Below are positions 11,048 to 22,107 of a stretch of 33,787 nt of DNA, one piece after another. Position numbers and translations under genes: made by a program. Source of the DNA: Octopus bimaculoides (taxonomy: Eukaryota); contig NC_068987.1 in the NCBI RefSeq assembly GCF_001194135.2, positions 24,989,778 to 25,023,564 of the forward strand. The letters run 5' to 3'. The notes below the pieces were generated by a model, which was given only the letters and a program-made list of their open reading frames with translations, had not been told where the DNA came from and made no database searches. The stretch's first letter is position 1; every line of letters begins with the position of its first letter.

Positions 11048-12226
11048 NNNNNNNNNNNNNNNNNNNNNNNNNNNNNNNNNNNNNNNNNNNNNNNNNNNNN
11101 NNNNNNNNNNNNNNNNNNNNNNNNNNNNNNNNNNNNNNNNNNNNNNNNNNNNNNNNNNNNNNNNNNNNNNNNNNNNNNNNNNNNNNNNNNNNNNNNNNNN
11201 NNNNNNNNNNNNNNNNNNNNNNNNNNNNNNNNNNNNNNNNNNNNNNNNNNNNNNNNNNNNNNNNNNNNNNNNNNNNNNNNNNNNNNNNNNNNNNNNNNNN
11301 NNNNNNNNNNNNNNNNNNNNNNNNNNNNNNNNNNNNNNNNNNNNNNNNNNNNNNNNNNNNNNNNNNNNNNNNNNNNNNNNNNNNNNNNNNNNNNNNNNNN
11401 NNNNNNNNNNNNNNNNNNNNNNNNNNNNNNNNNNNNNNNNNNNNNNNNNNNNNNNNNNNNNNNNNNNNNNNNNNNNNNNNNNNNNNNNNNNNNNNNNNNN
11501 NNNNNNNNNNNNNNNNNNNNNNNNNNNNNNNNNNNNNNNNNNNNNNNNNNNNNNNNNNNNNNNNNNNNNNNNNNNNNNNNNNNNNNNNNNNNNNNNNNNN
11601 NNNNNNNNNNNNNNNNNNNNNNNNNNNNNNNNNNNNNNNNNNNNNNNNNNNNNNNNNNNNNNNNNNNNNNNNNNNNNNNNNNNNNNNNNNNNNNNNNNNN
11701 NNNNNNNNNNNNNNNNNNNNNNNNNNNNNNNNNNNNNNNNNNNNNNNNNNNNNNNNNNNNNNNNNNNNNNNNNNNNNNNNNNNNNNNNNNNNNNNNNNNN
11801 NNNNNNNNNNNNNNNNNNNNNNNNNNNNNNNNNNNNNTTATATTTGAGCAGAATTTTTATATTTGAAAAGGAAAAGTTTAACAGTGACTTCAAACTTCCA
11901 ACAGTTGTGGCTCCCTCAAACGCTCTGTTTTCTTATGTATATTGGCAGCCAATATGCTAACGCAAGTCCAAATATAACAACGGAGCATTATTGATGAGGG
12001 TGGACAATATTTACAGTAGATTCATACTTATAAAATTCGTTTTCACTGACACTTTTAAAGTTTTGTTTGACTTTTAAAATTGTCAAACGAAAATTAGTCT
12101 CTGTGTGTGTGTGTGTGTGTGCGTGTGTGTGTGTGCATGTGTGGTGCTGATGAATTTAAAAGTCATTTATGCATGTATCTTTTGTGTTGTTCATGTAAAC
12201 ATTGAGCTCACACTCGCACGCAGGCA

Positions 12227-12276
<50 letters not shown>

Positions 12277-12286
12277 NNNNNNNNNN

Positions 12287-12338
<52 letters not shown>

Positions 12339-12366
12339 CAGCAAAACAACCCGCATAAGGACTTAC

Positions 12367-12516
12367 GTGAAAGAAGTTCGTATTTTGCTACGAATGATAC
12401 ATCCACTATAGGGTGTTCGGAGTAGAACATCACATGGAACGATTTCGTTTCAGTTTGGAATATCGGATTTTCATCATGGCAAAACTTTTTCAGAAGTGTT
12501 CTTGAGTTTGGCGAAC
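12367..12516 (-). CDS. Multi-CUB gene exon e7 (150 nt, phase 1-1): C-terminal part of CUB3
   Basis: Acceptor ggtttttttccag, donor C|gtaagt. Peptide GSPNSRTLLKKFCHDENPIFQTETKSFHVMFYSEHPIVDVSFVAKYELLS shares LLKKFC with e4. Confidence 0.9.
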
Positions 12517-13074
12517 CTGGAAAAAAACCTATATTTATGCATTTTATGTAATAGTGCTCATGATAACTAAACCTCTCCCACCACAAACCTTGTTTATCCT
12601 GAGCGCCGCTGAAGCGGCTCTGAAGGTGGCTGAGATTTATCTCCCTGCTAGCGATAAGTGTACATTTTTATACCAAAAACCAACATGAGAGTTTATCTGT
12701 TATCTACCACAGTATAGTTTCTTCTAACAGAACACCCACGTTTAAGTGGAGATTATATTACTCTACTTAAGACTTAGTATTCGTTCATGACGAAACAAGG
12801 AAAGAGTATATTCTGAGATACACTGGAATTGAATCATTTGCACTTTGCAAACTTATAATAGAGTCTAAATCCCGCAATGCAAGCGAAGTAAGCACTTGTT
12901 AGTTATACAGTGTTGCCACCGTTTCCAGTACTGTATTGATCTATTTGTAAAATTGGCACTTATATACAGTACAACTAGCTTGGTTGTTGTGATATGAATT
13001 ATCATAGATGTGACCTAATATCAATTGACTTAGCAACTATAACTTTCACATGTATATCGCTATCGTTAATGATA

Positions 13075-13114
<40 letters not shown>

Positions 13115-13149
13115 TACACAAATAAACACACACGCACACATACACACAC

Positions 13150-13369
13150 GTATAAATGTTGAAAAGTTCCTGGCTTTGGGTAAAAGATAATACAGGAAGA
13201 TCAGTTAATTATGATTTTATTCAACATATTCCCCTCTTAGATTCACACACTTATTGCAGCGGTCCTTAAGTTTTTCTAAGCTCCGTAAAAGAACTCGGAA
13301 GTTTGGACCTCCAGCTAGGACTTTCACGATACTCTTAAAGTCAAGACATTTTCGGCACACTTTGGTATA
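13150..13369. mobile_element. Degenerate mariner-type MITE
   Basis: Left TGTTGAAAAGTTCCTGGCTTT versus right reverse complement TGCCGAAAATGTCTTGACTTT. TA-rich flanks. Confidence 0.45.
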
Positions 13370-13605
13370 TGCATACACACACACATATATCCATGCACAC
13401 ACTTACCCCCCTCTCTTTCACTCTCTCACTCACTCTGTGTGCGTGTGTATTGCATGTGCGCTGTGTGAGTATGTGTTATGTGCGTGTGTAAGACTTTGTT
13501 CAAGATGTTTTACTCTAATGATTAATTTTATTTTCATTTCATATGTATGGTTTTGTTTAAATTTTGTTTAAATCATATCTGTGTGTATTCAAACATAACT
13601 GTTAC

Positions 13606-13727
13606 CTTCATATACAGCGATATACTTTGATTGGCAGTCTTCATTTTCTTCTCCCATGTTCGTAAAAAGAAACTGCAGTAGAATGGTGTCGTTTCCTCCC
13701 CCGTTTGAAATAAACCATTTACAAGTC
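13606..13727 (-). CDS. Multi-CUB gene exon e6 (122 nt, phase 2-1): middle of CUB3
   Basis: Acceptor tctattgttgcag, donor AAG|gtaaca. Peptide RTCKWFISNGGGNDTILLQFLFTNMGEENEDCQSKYIAVYE with CxW, central C and YEG. Confidence 0.92.
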
Positions 13728-13815
13728 CTGCAACAATAGATATGACAAGGCTGAATAAAACAAAACCAAATAAGCAAAAGGTTAAACCAAATGGCTCACA
13801 ATTTTACCTTTTGCT

Positions 13816-15340
13816 ATTTAGTGCAAGTTTGTTAACACGCCAGACAAAATGCTTGATGGCATTTCATTTGTCTTTCCGTTCTGAGTTCAAACTCCACCGA
13901 GGTTGACTTTACTTTTCATCCTTTCGGAATTGAGATAAGTATCAGTTGAGCACTGGGGTCAATGTAATCGACTACAAATCCATCCCCACCAAAGTTTCAG
14001 GCCTTGTGTCTACAATAGAAGGATTGTTTAGAACTGGTAAGGCGGTGATCAAGCTGAATCCTTAGCACACCAGATCAAATCATACAGGAGTCGATAAAAT
14101 ATGTATCAGTTGAGCATCGGAGCCTATGTGACCGACTTGCCGTCTTCCCTCAAAATTGCTGCCCTTGTAACAAAATTTGAAGCTATCATTTAGTGCAGGT
14201 AAGGCAGTGAAGTGGCACAACCGTTACTGGATCAGAAAAAAATGCATAACAGCATTTCTTTCGACTCTTTACATTCTGGGTTCAAATCATGCCGAAGTCG
14301 ACTTTGCTTTTCATTCTTTCGAGGTCGATTAAGTAAAGCATTGGTCAAGTAAAAGGGCTAGTGTAATCGATTAAACCCTTCCCTCAAAATTGACAGCCTT
14401 GTGCTCAAGTTTGAAACAATTATTTAGTGTAAGTAAGGTTATTGACTTGGCAATATATTTAGATCATCTGATGTAGTCATGCGATAGTTTTACCGCTTCT
14501 TTACGTTCTGAGTTCACATGCCGCGGTCAACTTTGCCTTTCATTCTGTCAGGATCGATAAAATATAGCACCAATCAAGTACTGGGATCAATGGGATTGAC
14601 TAAACCTTCCTTTCAAAACTTGGCATCGGGCCGTGAGTTGGCAGAAGCGCAAGAGCCTCATACAAAATGCTTTGCGATACTTGTTCCGGTTCTTTACGAG
14701 ATCAAGTCCCACCTTTCAACTCTCATAAATCGTTAAATTAAAAAATACCAGTCAAATATAGAGTTCGATATAATCGGTTGACTCCTCATAAATTTCAGGC
14801 TTTTTATCTACATTAGAAACGATTTAGTCCAAGTTAGGGCGGTGGGTGTGGAGGCGCAATAGCCCAGTGGTTAGGGCAGCGGACTCGCGGTCGGAGGATC
14901 GCGGTTTCGATTCCTAGACCGGGCGTTGTGAATGTTTATTGAGCGAAAACGCCTAAAGCTCCACGAGGCTCTGGCAGGGGGGTGGGGTGGCGACCCCTGT
15001 TGTACTTTTTCGCCTCAACTTTCTCTCACTCTTTCTTCCTGTTTCTTGAGTAACGCTGCGATGGACTGGCGTCCCGTCCAGCTAGGGGGAGCACATACGC
15101 CATAGAAACCGGGAAATCGGGCCCATGAGCCTGGCTAGGCTTTAAAAGGGCGCATAAATAAAAAAAGGACGGTGGGTAGTTGAAACCGAGGAGTGTTAGT
15201 TTACATAACTTGAGGTATTTAATTATATCTTAAGTTCTCAGTTGAAATACCCCTGACTTGACCCTTTATACTATTGGGAATCGATAGAATAAGTAACAAT
15301 TGAGTAATGCCATTATTAGCCATTTAAGGGGCGGTTAGTC
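13816..15340 (+). repeat. Head-to-tail array of about six diverged SINE family B units (about 160-235 bp each)
   Basis: Recurrent GTCGACTTTGCCTTTCATCC-like core and GCCTTGTG tail. Unit starts near 13816, 14026, 14188, 14422, 14628 and 14822. Confidence 0.8.
14848..15165 (+). mobile_element. tRNA-derived SINE family A, tail type 2, inserted into the last array unit
   Basis: Same head and body as 4664-5051. TSD AGGGCGGTGGGT (14836-14847) and AGGACGGTGGGT (15166-15177). A-rich tail. Confidence 0.9.
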
Positions 15341-15719
15341 CAAAAACACTTATTGTGAACGACAAATCTGCATTTTCTTATTCAATCTCATTTCTTTACA
15401 TCGTATTCCTCCGGCATCGATGCGATATATGGCAGTAATATTCTGGAGTGGATCAACTGAATTGATCATGAACATGTCCTATTAAACGTGTAGCTTTCGT
15501 TAATGTTAGAACCCAATGAATGACACACAACGTTGTCCATCAGCCAAGTTATCATCTAAAAATCGACCCATGGAAGGATGAACTGTGGATTGCCTCCAAA
15601 AATCATTATCAAGACCTTAATGGTGTACAATGGTAGAGTGATTGATGAGGGAACGGAGTATATAACGATTTCATGATCATACTCAAAGCAAGTGTACTTT
15701 GTAGTTGATAGTTGCTACT

Positions 15720-15890
15720 GCTAATGATGATGATATCAGTGATGATGATGACGGTGTTGGTGATGATAATAGCATTAGTGATGACGACGGAGGTGGTGAT
15801 GATGCTGATGATGATGATGATGATGATGAGGATGAGGATGATGATATCGGTGGTGATGAAAATGGTAAAGATGATGGCAACGATTGTGTA
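15720..15890. repeat. Degenerate (GAT)n microsatellite
   Basis: Direct reading. Source of the poly-D and poly-S ORFs. Confidence 0.9.
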
Positions 15891-16364
15891 AATGAGAAGT
15901 AACGAATTCTGTATATTACGAGCTTTAACGGCATATGTTAAGAGTTTTTCTCATGTAATTATAAGCAATTTGTTGAATGTTGTCGTTTCCCATATGATAG
16001 TATAAGCTGGACAATAAGCAAGCAATAATATGACATCGCCTAAGCAAAAGAAATACTTTCGTGTGTGAATATATATCTAATGTTAATGAAGAAAAGAATT
16101 TGAAGCCACAACCTTAGATTAAAGAGAAAGTGTGATCTCCATTTCGATTCTGGTTGGATTATTTAACCAGATTTTTTTTATCACTGAAACTAACAGATAA
16201 AATACTCTTGTTTTTAAGCAAGAAATACGAAGAAAACTGTTAACAATATATATATAAACATTTTGCTGTACGAAGAGTACATGTGCAGAGCGTATTGCTA
16301 TTTTACGATATCCAATATTATCCAAAGTTATAGTAGGTACTATATAATCCAGATCATTGTTTAC

Positions 16365-16455
16365 CTGCCATCATCCGGAAAACTGAATGGTGTTACATTG
16401 AAGAATTGGGTTATCCTTTTGGCATGAAGCAGCTTCAGAACAGGGCAGTTATTTT
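16365..16455 (-). CDS. Multi-CUB gene exon e5 (91 nt, phase 1-2): N-terminal part of CUB3
   Basis: Acceptor ttcgattatttgtag, donor CAG|gtaaac. Peptide ENNCPVLKLLHAKRITQFFNVTPFSFPDDG. Phases fit e4 and e6. Confidence 0.85.
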
Positions 16456-16844
16456 CTACAAATAATCGAAATATTAAATATTACTCTTGAGTTTGGAAAA
16501 ATGTTTGAAGTACCAATATATCATAATACTGAAAATGTTTCTATAACACGGTATAATGTGGTATTGCATGTAATTAGAGAAAAGTAAATGAATTATTGTG
16601 TAATCTATTCTGATGTGCAATAAACTGTACACAATGGGTGTGCACTGTGGGCTTATACAGCATTCACAAAATACTGATAATAATTATGAAAATAACTATA
16701 TAACTATAAAGATAGTAATGACGAATATATCTATGACTCGACTTCGCTGTACAATGAATTGTTCAGTTAAGATTTGGGTTAATCAATGCCTTGTGACTGG
16801 AAATTTTTGACTGAAACATGATATTTATACTATATACATACACA

Positions 16845-16890
<46 letters not shown>

Positions 16891-17080
16891 TACAGATATA
16901 TATGTACGCACAAACACACATATATACACATAGATATATATGCACGCACCCACACACACGCACACAATGCTTTACTGATTTCTAATGTTTCATCTTCAAA
17001 TGTCCAGTCAGTCATATCGCTCCCAGCGACTACTCCTGTCTAGTACTTATTTTATCGAACTTGTGGAATCGTTCAATTAC

Positions 17081-17190
17081 AAGACATAGGTAGAAAGCGA
17101 AAATTAACATGGTTTAGTCCTCCATCCATCTAGAAGCTTCCACTAATACAGCAAAGAGCTTCCTAACGCTAACTAAAAAGCATTTCCCAA
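17081..17190 (+). mobile_element. Penelope-like element coding remnant
   Basis: Frameshifted translation WFSPPS...TNTAKSFLTLTKKHFP resembles the PLE motif WFNPPY..TN.G..FL.L..KHFP. Confidence 0.55.
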
Positions 17191-17191
17191 T

Positions 17192-19567
17192 TACATGTAA
17201 GTATCATATTTCTTTCATTTGTGTGTGTTGTATCGTATCTAGTTCATTGATTCCTAAATATTTGTATGTCTGGCTTTGGTCTAATTCTCTCATATAATTT
17301 GCATTACCTAGTGTAATGTTGCTACTCTTAACTAGTTTTCCTCTCTTCAAGGTTCCTTTGGCACATTTTTCTAAGCCAAATTTCATGTTTATTTCTTTGG
17401 GAAATCAATGTACTTTCTGTAGCAATGTTTCCAGCTGTTTATCATTTGTAGCGTACAGTTTTAGATCATCCATATATAAGAGGTGGCTGATTGTTTTGTT
17501 GTAACAGTTGTATCTGCATCCAGTTCTGTTTAGCTGGTCAGATAAAGGTACCAGTGCCAAGCAGTAAAGGAGTGGAGAGGGTGTATCGCCCTGGAATATT
17601 CCTCTTCTAATGGGAATGGCTTTGGCCTTTATGAGTCCCTCTTTTATCTGGCGCTGTAGCACTGTCTGCCATTTATTTATCGAATATGTTACATATTTTA
17701 TGATTATTGGTGCTACCTTGTTCATGGCTAGTTTTTCTAGGATTCATGTGTGGGAAATACTATCAAAAGCCTTTCGGTAATCGATCCAGGTCATACTTAG
17801 ACCCTTCTTCTTTCTGCGACTGTCTTCAATTATGGCTTTATTGATCAGTAGCTGATCCGTATGAGCCCTTGCAGCATCCCTTCTGCACTTCTGGAAACAG
17901 TTTGTTTTCTTCCAGATGCTTGCTCATTCTCTGCGATATTATTGCATTAAAGGCTTTGTAAATTGTAGGGAGGCAAGTTATTGGTGTATAATTTTGTGGA
18001 TTTGCCGTTTTAGTGGATTTAGGAATTAGGATAATTTTCCCTTTCGTGAGCCATTCTAACATTGTTTCTGGCTCTGCTATTATTTCATTAAATTTCTCAG
18101 CCAGCATTTTATGTGTTCCTCTTAGGTATTTTAACAAGAAGTTGGGGATCTTGTCGTTCCCGGGTGCCTTCCAGTTGTTTAGATTTTGCAGTGCCTGGGT
18201 GACCTCTTCAGTTGTTATAGGGGTCCAGAGTTGTTCAGGTGCTGAGTTCGTTATTTTGATAGACCTTTTCTGGGGTTGTTCCTTCACCGACCATATTCCT
18301 TTCTAAAATTCTTCCACTTCCTCTGCTATTGGTGCTGCATTGATGTCTATTTTATTTTTGCTAAGTTCTTCGTAGAATCTTTTGGGGATGGAACTGAGCT
18401 GTTTGTTTTGTTCAAAGAAGCGTTTACGTTTATCATACTGGTGGATTCTTTGTGCTTTGGCAAGGATATCTAGCTTCAACTGTTATTTTACCTCATGTAT
18501 ACCTTGTTGTGTAATTTTATATTTACGTAGCATTTTTCTTCTCTTCTTGTTGCTTAGCAGTGTTGATTGTCTACTAGTTTCATTAAGGATTGACAGATCC
18601 TTTCTCTTATTTCTCTTATCTGGATATTATTTACCCACAGGGTTTCTTTGGGTAGTGATACGCCTATTTGGATGGGTTTGAGGAGGTATCCAGCTTCTTT
18701 TGTGGCCACAGCGGCTGCTGCATATATTATATCATTTAGTCTGGTCATATTGACATTTGTTTCTGTGGCTATTAGTTCTGTGACTGCCAGGTTCATGCAA
18801 TTTATTATTGATGTTTTATTATCAATCTTAATTCTTGGGAGGTGCAATCGGTGATCCATACGGAGATCTGTGGCTTTCAATTCTTTGATTATACTCATTT
18901 TTGTTTCCAGGTTTTAGATTTGCTTAATATTCCCTTTCGTTTATATTTGTGTCTGTGGTATTCTGGTTTGGTGCATTTTGCTTATCATTATATATATATT
19001 CCTACAGTCTGGGTACAGGAGGCGAATTGGCAGAAGCGTTAGCACGCCCGGCGAAATGCTTAGCGGTATTTCGTCTGCCGTTACGTTCTGAGTTCAAATT
19101 CCACCGAGGTCGACTTTGCCTTTCATCCTTTCAAGGTCAATTAAATAAGTACCAGTTAAGCACTGGGGTCGATGTAATCGACTTAATTTCTTTGTCTAAC
19201 CTTGTTTGTTCCCTCTGTGTTTAGCAATAAAAAAATAATTACACATTCCTACAGTCTGGGTTTGTTGTCTTTCGTTGTTAACTTCGTTTTTGTTGGACAT
19301 GTTACGTTTGTCTTCGTATTTTACAGTCCCAGTGCTTATGATATTATTTGGCATTGCTGTGTGGTTGCTATCTACGTTTTCTTGATGTATTTTTCCTTTT
19401 AAGTGTTCTATTTCTATTTCTCATATTTTGTTTTGTTTTGGCAATATATCTCCATATATTAGCTAGTTTATTAGGGTTAATTTCAATATCCAAATCATTA
19501 TCTAGGTTATTTTTCTTCCAGATTTTATACATATATATATTGTGTTTTCGTTCTGACAGTAGAGCAC
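17192..19567 (-). mobile_element. R4/Dong-like retrotransposon: 5' region, N-terminal ORF and reverse transcriptase, 3' half missing
   Basis: RT motifs NWKAPGND.I.NF.LK, LIPK, NY.PITCL.TIYK, QKGC..GS.G..DQ, DYRKAFDS (17763-17786), GIFQGD..SPLL, HLLYMDDLKLY, KFGLEKC, YKYLG. Broken by stops and frameshifts. The 5' end abuts (AAT)n at 19568-19591. Confidence 0.93.
19015..19244 (+). mobile_element. SINE family B (MetaSINE-like central domain) nested in the R4-like element
   Basis: 17-bp TSD ATTCCTACAGTCTGGGT at 18998-19014 and 19245-19261. Core GGTCGACTTTGCCTTTCATCCTTTC..GGTC..TAAATAAGTACC resembles the Meta domain as I recall it. Confidence 0.9.
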
Positions 19568-19960
19568 TATTATTATTATTATTATTATTATGTTTTATAT
19601 GAAGCAGATAAGGACCAAATTTAATCCTCACTAAGACACCAACCACAGTGAACTTCAAGTTGACAAACAACTCGTTAATATAACTTATGGAGCTGTACTT
19701 TACAGTGCGGAATTATACAATATTGTGATATTTACTTACAGATATAAGGGTTTTTAGATAAGGGTAATAAGAGTTAATAATCTTGTCTATTGATTTATGA
19801 CAGTAGTAGATGATAAGATATAAGCGACCGACTTTACAAAGACAAATAGAAATGTAAATAAGTATCTAGAAAACGATGCAATGAGTTTTAGAATAATCTA
19901 TTTTAATTCTCTTTATTTCTGCACCACTGATTAATTAGAATTCCATAAAAATCCACTTAC

Positions 19961-20110
19961 CTTTCGGTTCAGAATAATGAACGGCGGTGAAGCGAGTTGC
20001 ATGTTTAATGTGACCAGTGAGTCGAACGAAAAGATGGCTGCCAGTAGATTTCAAGGAAGGAGTTTCTCTACCACAGAATTTCTTCAGTAACAATCCTTGA
20101 TCGTTTGGTC
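19961..20110 (-). CDS. Multi-CUB gene exon e4 (150 nt, phase 1-1): C-terminal part of CUB2
   Basis: Acceptor ttattaaaccaatag, donor AAG|gtaagt. Peptide GPNDQGLLLKKFCGRETPSLKSTGSHLFVRLTGHIKHATRFTAVHYSEPK. Not in the ORF track. Confidence 0.93.
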
Positions 20111-21018
20111 CTATTGGTTTAATAAGAATAATAAATAGAGATTTATAGCATAGGCACTTGTCTAGATGATTTTACGGGAAGGGACCGAATACACATAACT
20201 CAGTATATATGTAATTGATCATAATTATCGACGCCTGAATGATAATAATTAAAGTTATACAAGATTTGAACTTAGAAGTAAATCGCACAAGCAGTTTGTC
20301 CAACGCCATACTGTATCTGTCACCCATTACTTAAAGGTAATATTTTGGTTTTAACGCTAAGGAAAGTAACCTTGAATAAGTTATTGTGATAGCGTTGATG
20401 TTTCACTGACGTTATTTCTTATTTAATTGTATGTTTGAAAGCTGAGTTTGCGGAGGAGAGTTACAACTAGATGAATTCTCCAGGCTGTTTAAATGCACAA
20501 GCCTCGGTTATCTAAGCAGCTAAAAAGTGTACGCAGAAGGGTACCCAGGAATCATGACTTGGATGTAGCCCGCCCCCCTTAGAATGTGTAGCGAATGGTT
20601 ATCAGATTTCAAAGCTAGGATTCGAAATCAAATCCACATTTTCCCACAAATTCATGGACAATTGTCTTCGCCTGTTGCACCAAAAAATTTATGAGAAAAT
20701 TTTCCCTCACAGGAAACCCCATGAAGATAAGTTAAATACTAAACGAACAGTTCAAAAATGTTTTTACTAAACCCTTGTGGAGTTCATTGTCTCTTCACCT
20801 GTAACCAAAGAGGTGATAATAGTCGATTACGAGATGTAATACTGACCATATAAGAGGTAGGCATAAATTCAGTAGAGATGAAAAATAAACGAACTTTAGG
20901 TTAGTTAAAATATATTTGTGACATGTTTTGACTTCTAAAAGTAAATTTACTGCAATTACCATGAAGATTAAAAATTATTTCTTATGACAAGAGGCGTAAA
21001 AAATCGTATCTGCCCAGT

Positions 21019-21217
21019 GCTTCCATCTAGCGGATTTCCAGAGGCGCGTTTCTAGTTCTTCAGACTTCCTCAATGGAAAATACCGAAGGGAGTTAACCTT
21101 GGGCAAATTCAAAACTGTAGCTTCATCTAAAAACAGGGTTATCTCTGCGGTATTATTTCCCATTGAGGAAGTCTAAAGAGCCAGAAACGCACGTCAGAGA
21201 ATCCGCTAGAGGGAAGC
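21019..21217. repeat. Small foldback or MITE-like element with imperfect arms of about 65 bp
   Basis: GCTTCCATCTAGCGGATT..AGACTTCCTCAATGG versus CCATTGAGGAAGTCT..AATCCGCTAGAGGGAAGC. No TSD seen. Confidence 0.75.
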
Positions 21218-21391
21218 TTTGAGTAGACTTATCATAAGAAATATCTTTTTTCATTTTCACGGTAACTACAGTGAATTTACCTTTAGAAGTTAAAATATGC
21301 CACAAACATATTTTAACTATCCTAAAGTTTGTTTACATCTTCATTACTGCTTGGCGCTACTACTGCTGCTATACATACATATATACATACA

Positions 21392-21487
<96 letters not shown>

Positions 21488-21982
21488 NNNNNNNNNNNNN
21501 NNNNNNNNNNNNNNNNNNNNNNNNNNNNNNNNNNNNNNNNNNNNNNNNNNNNNNNNNNNNNNNNNNNNNNNNNNNNNNNNNNNNNNNNNNNNNNNNNNNN
21601 NNNNNNNNNNNNNNNNNNNNNNNNNNNNNNNNNNNNNNNNNNNNNNNNNNNNNNNNNNNNNNNNNNNNNNNNNNNNNNNNNNNNNNNNNNNNNNNNNNNN
21701 NNNNNNNNNNNNNNNNNNNNNNNNNNNNNNNNNNNNNNNNNNNNNNNNNNNNNNNNNNNNNNNNNNNNNNNNNNNNNNNNNNNNNNNNNNNNNNNNNNNN
21801 NNNNNNNNNNNNNNNNNNNNNNNNNNNNNNNNNNNNNNNNNNNNNNNNNNNNNNNNNNNNNNNNNNNNNNNNNNNNNNNNNNNNNNNNNNNNNNNNNTAT
21901 ATATATATATATGACTAGTAACCTGTTTATTAGCCATATCTATCGAAATTTTTTTCCAAATGTTTCAAAATAGTTTACATAC

Positions 21983-22107
21983 CATCATACACATCGACGT
22001 AGGTATCTTTGCAGTTGTCATCACTCATAATGTCAGTGAATACGAGTTCAAGTCGCACCTTATCTCCGGGTACTTGGGTATATACTATCCACGAACACGA
22101 GTTAGTA
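21983..22107 (-). CDS. Multi-CUB gene exon e3 (125 nt, phase 2-1): middle of CUB2
   Basis: Acceptor ttcttctttttttttgtag, donor ATG|gtatgt. Peptide STNSCSWIVYTQVPGDKVRLELVFTDIMSDDNCKDTYVDVYD(G). Not in the ORF track. Confidence 0.94.

Noticed and set aside
12407-12737. Apparent mariner MITE from the GGGTGTTC/GAACACCC inverted octamer
   Set aside because: The left octamer lies inside coding exon e7 and the match barely extends, so it is probably chance.
15683-15934. Asp-rich and Ser-rich ORFs
   Set aside because: Translation of a degenerate (GAT)n microsatellite with no splice support.
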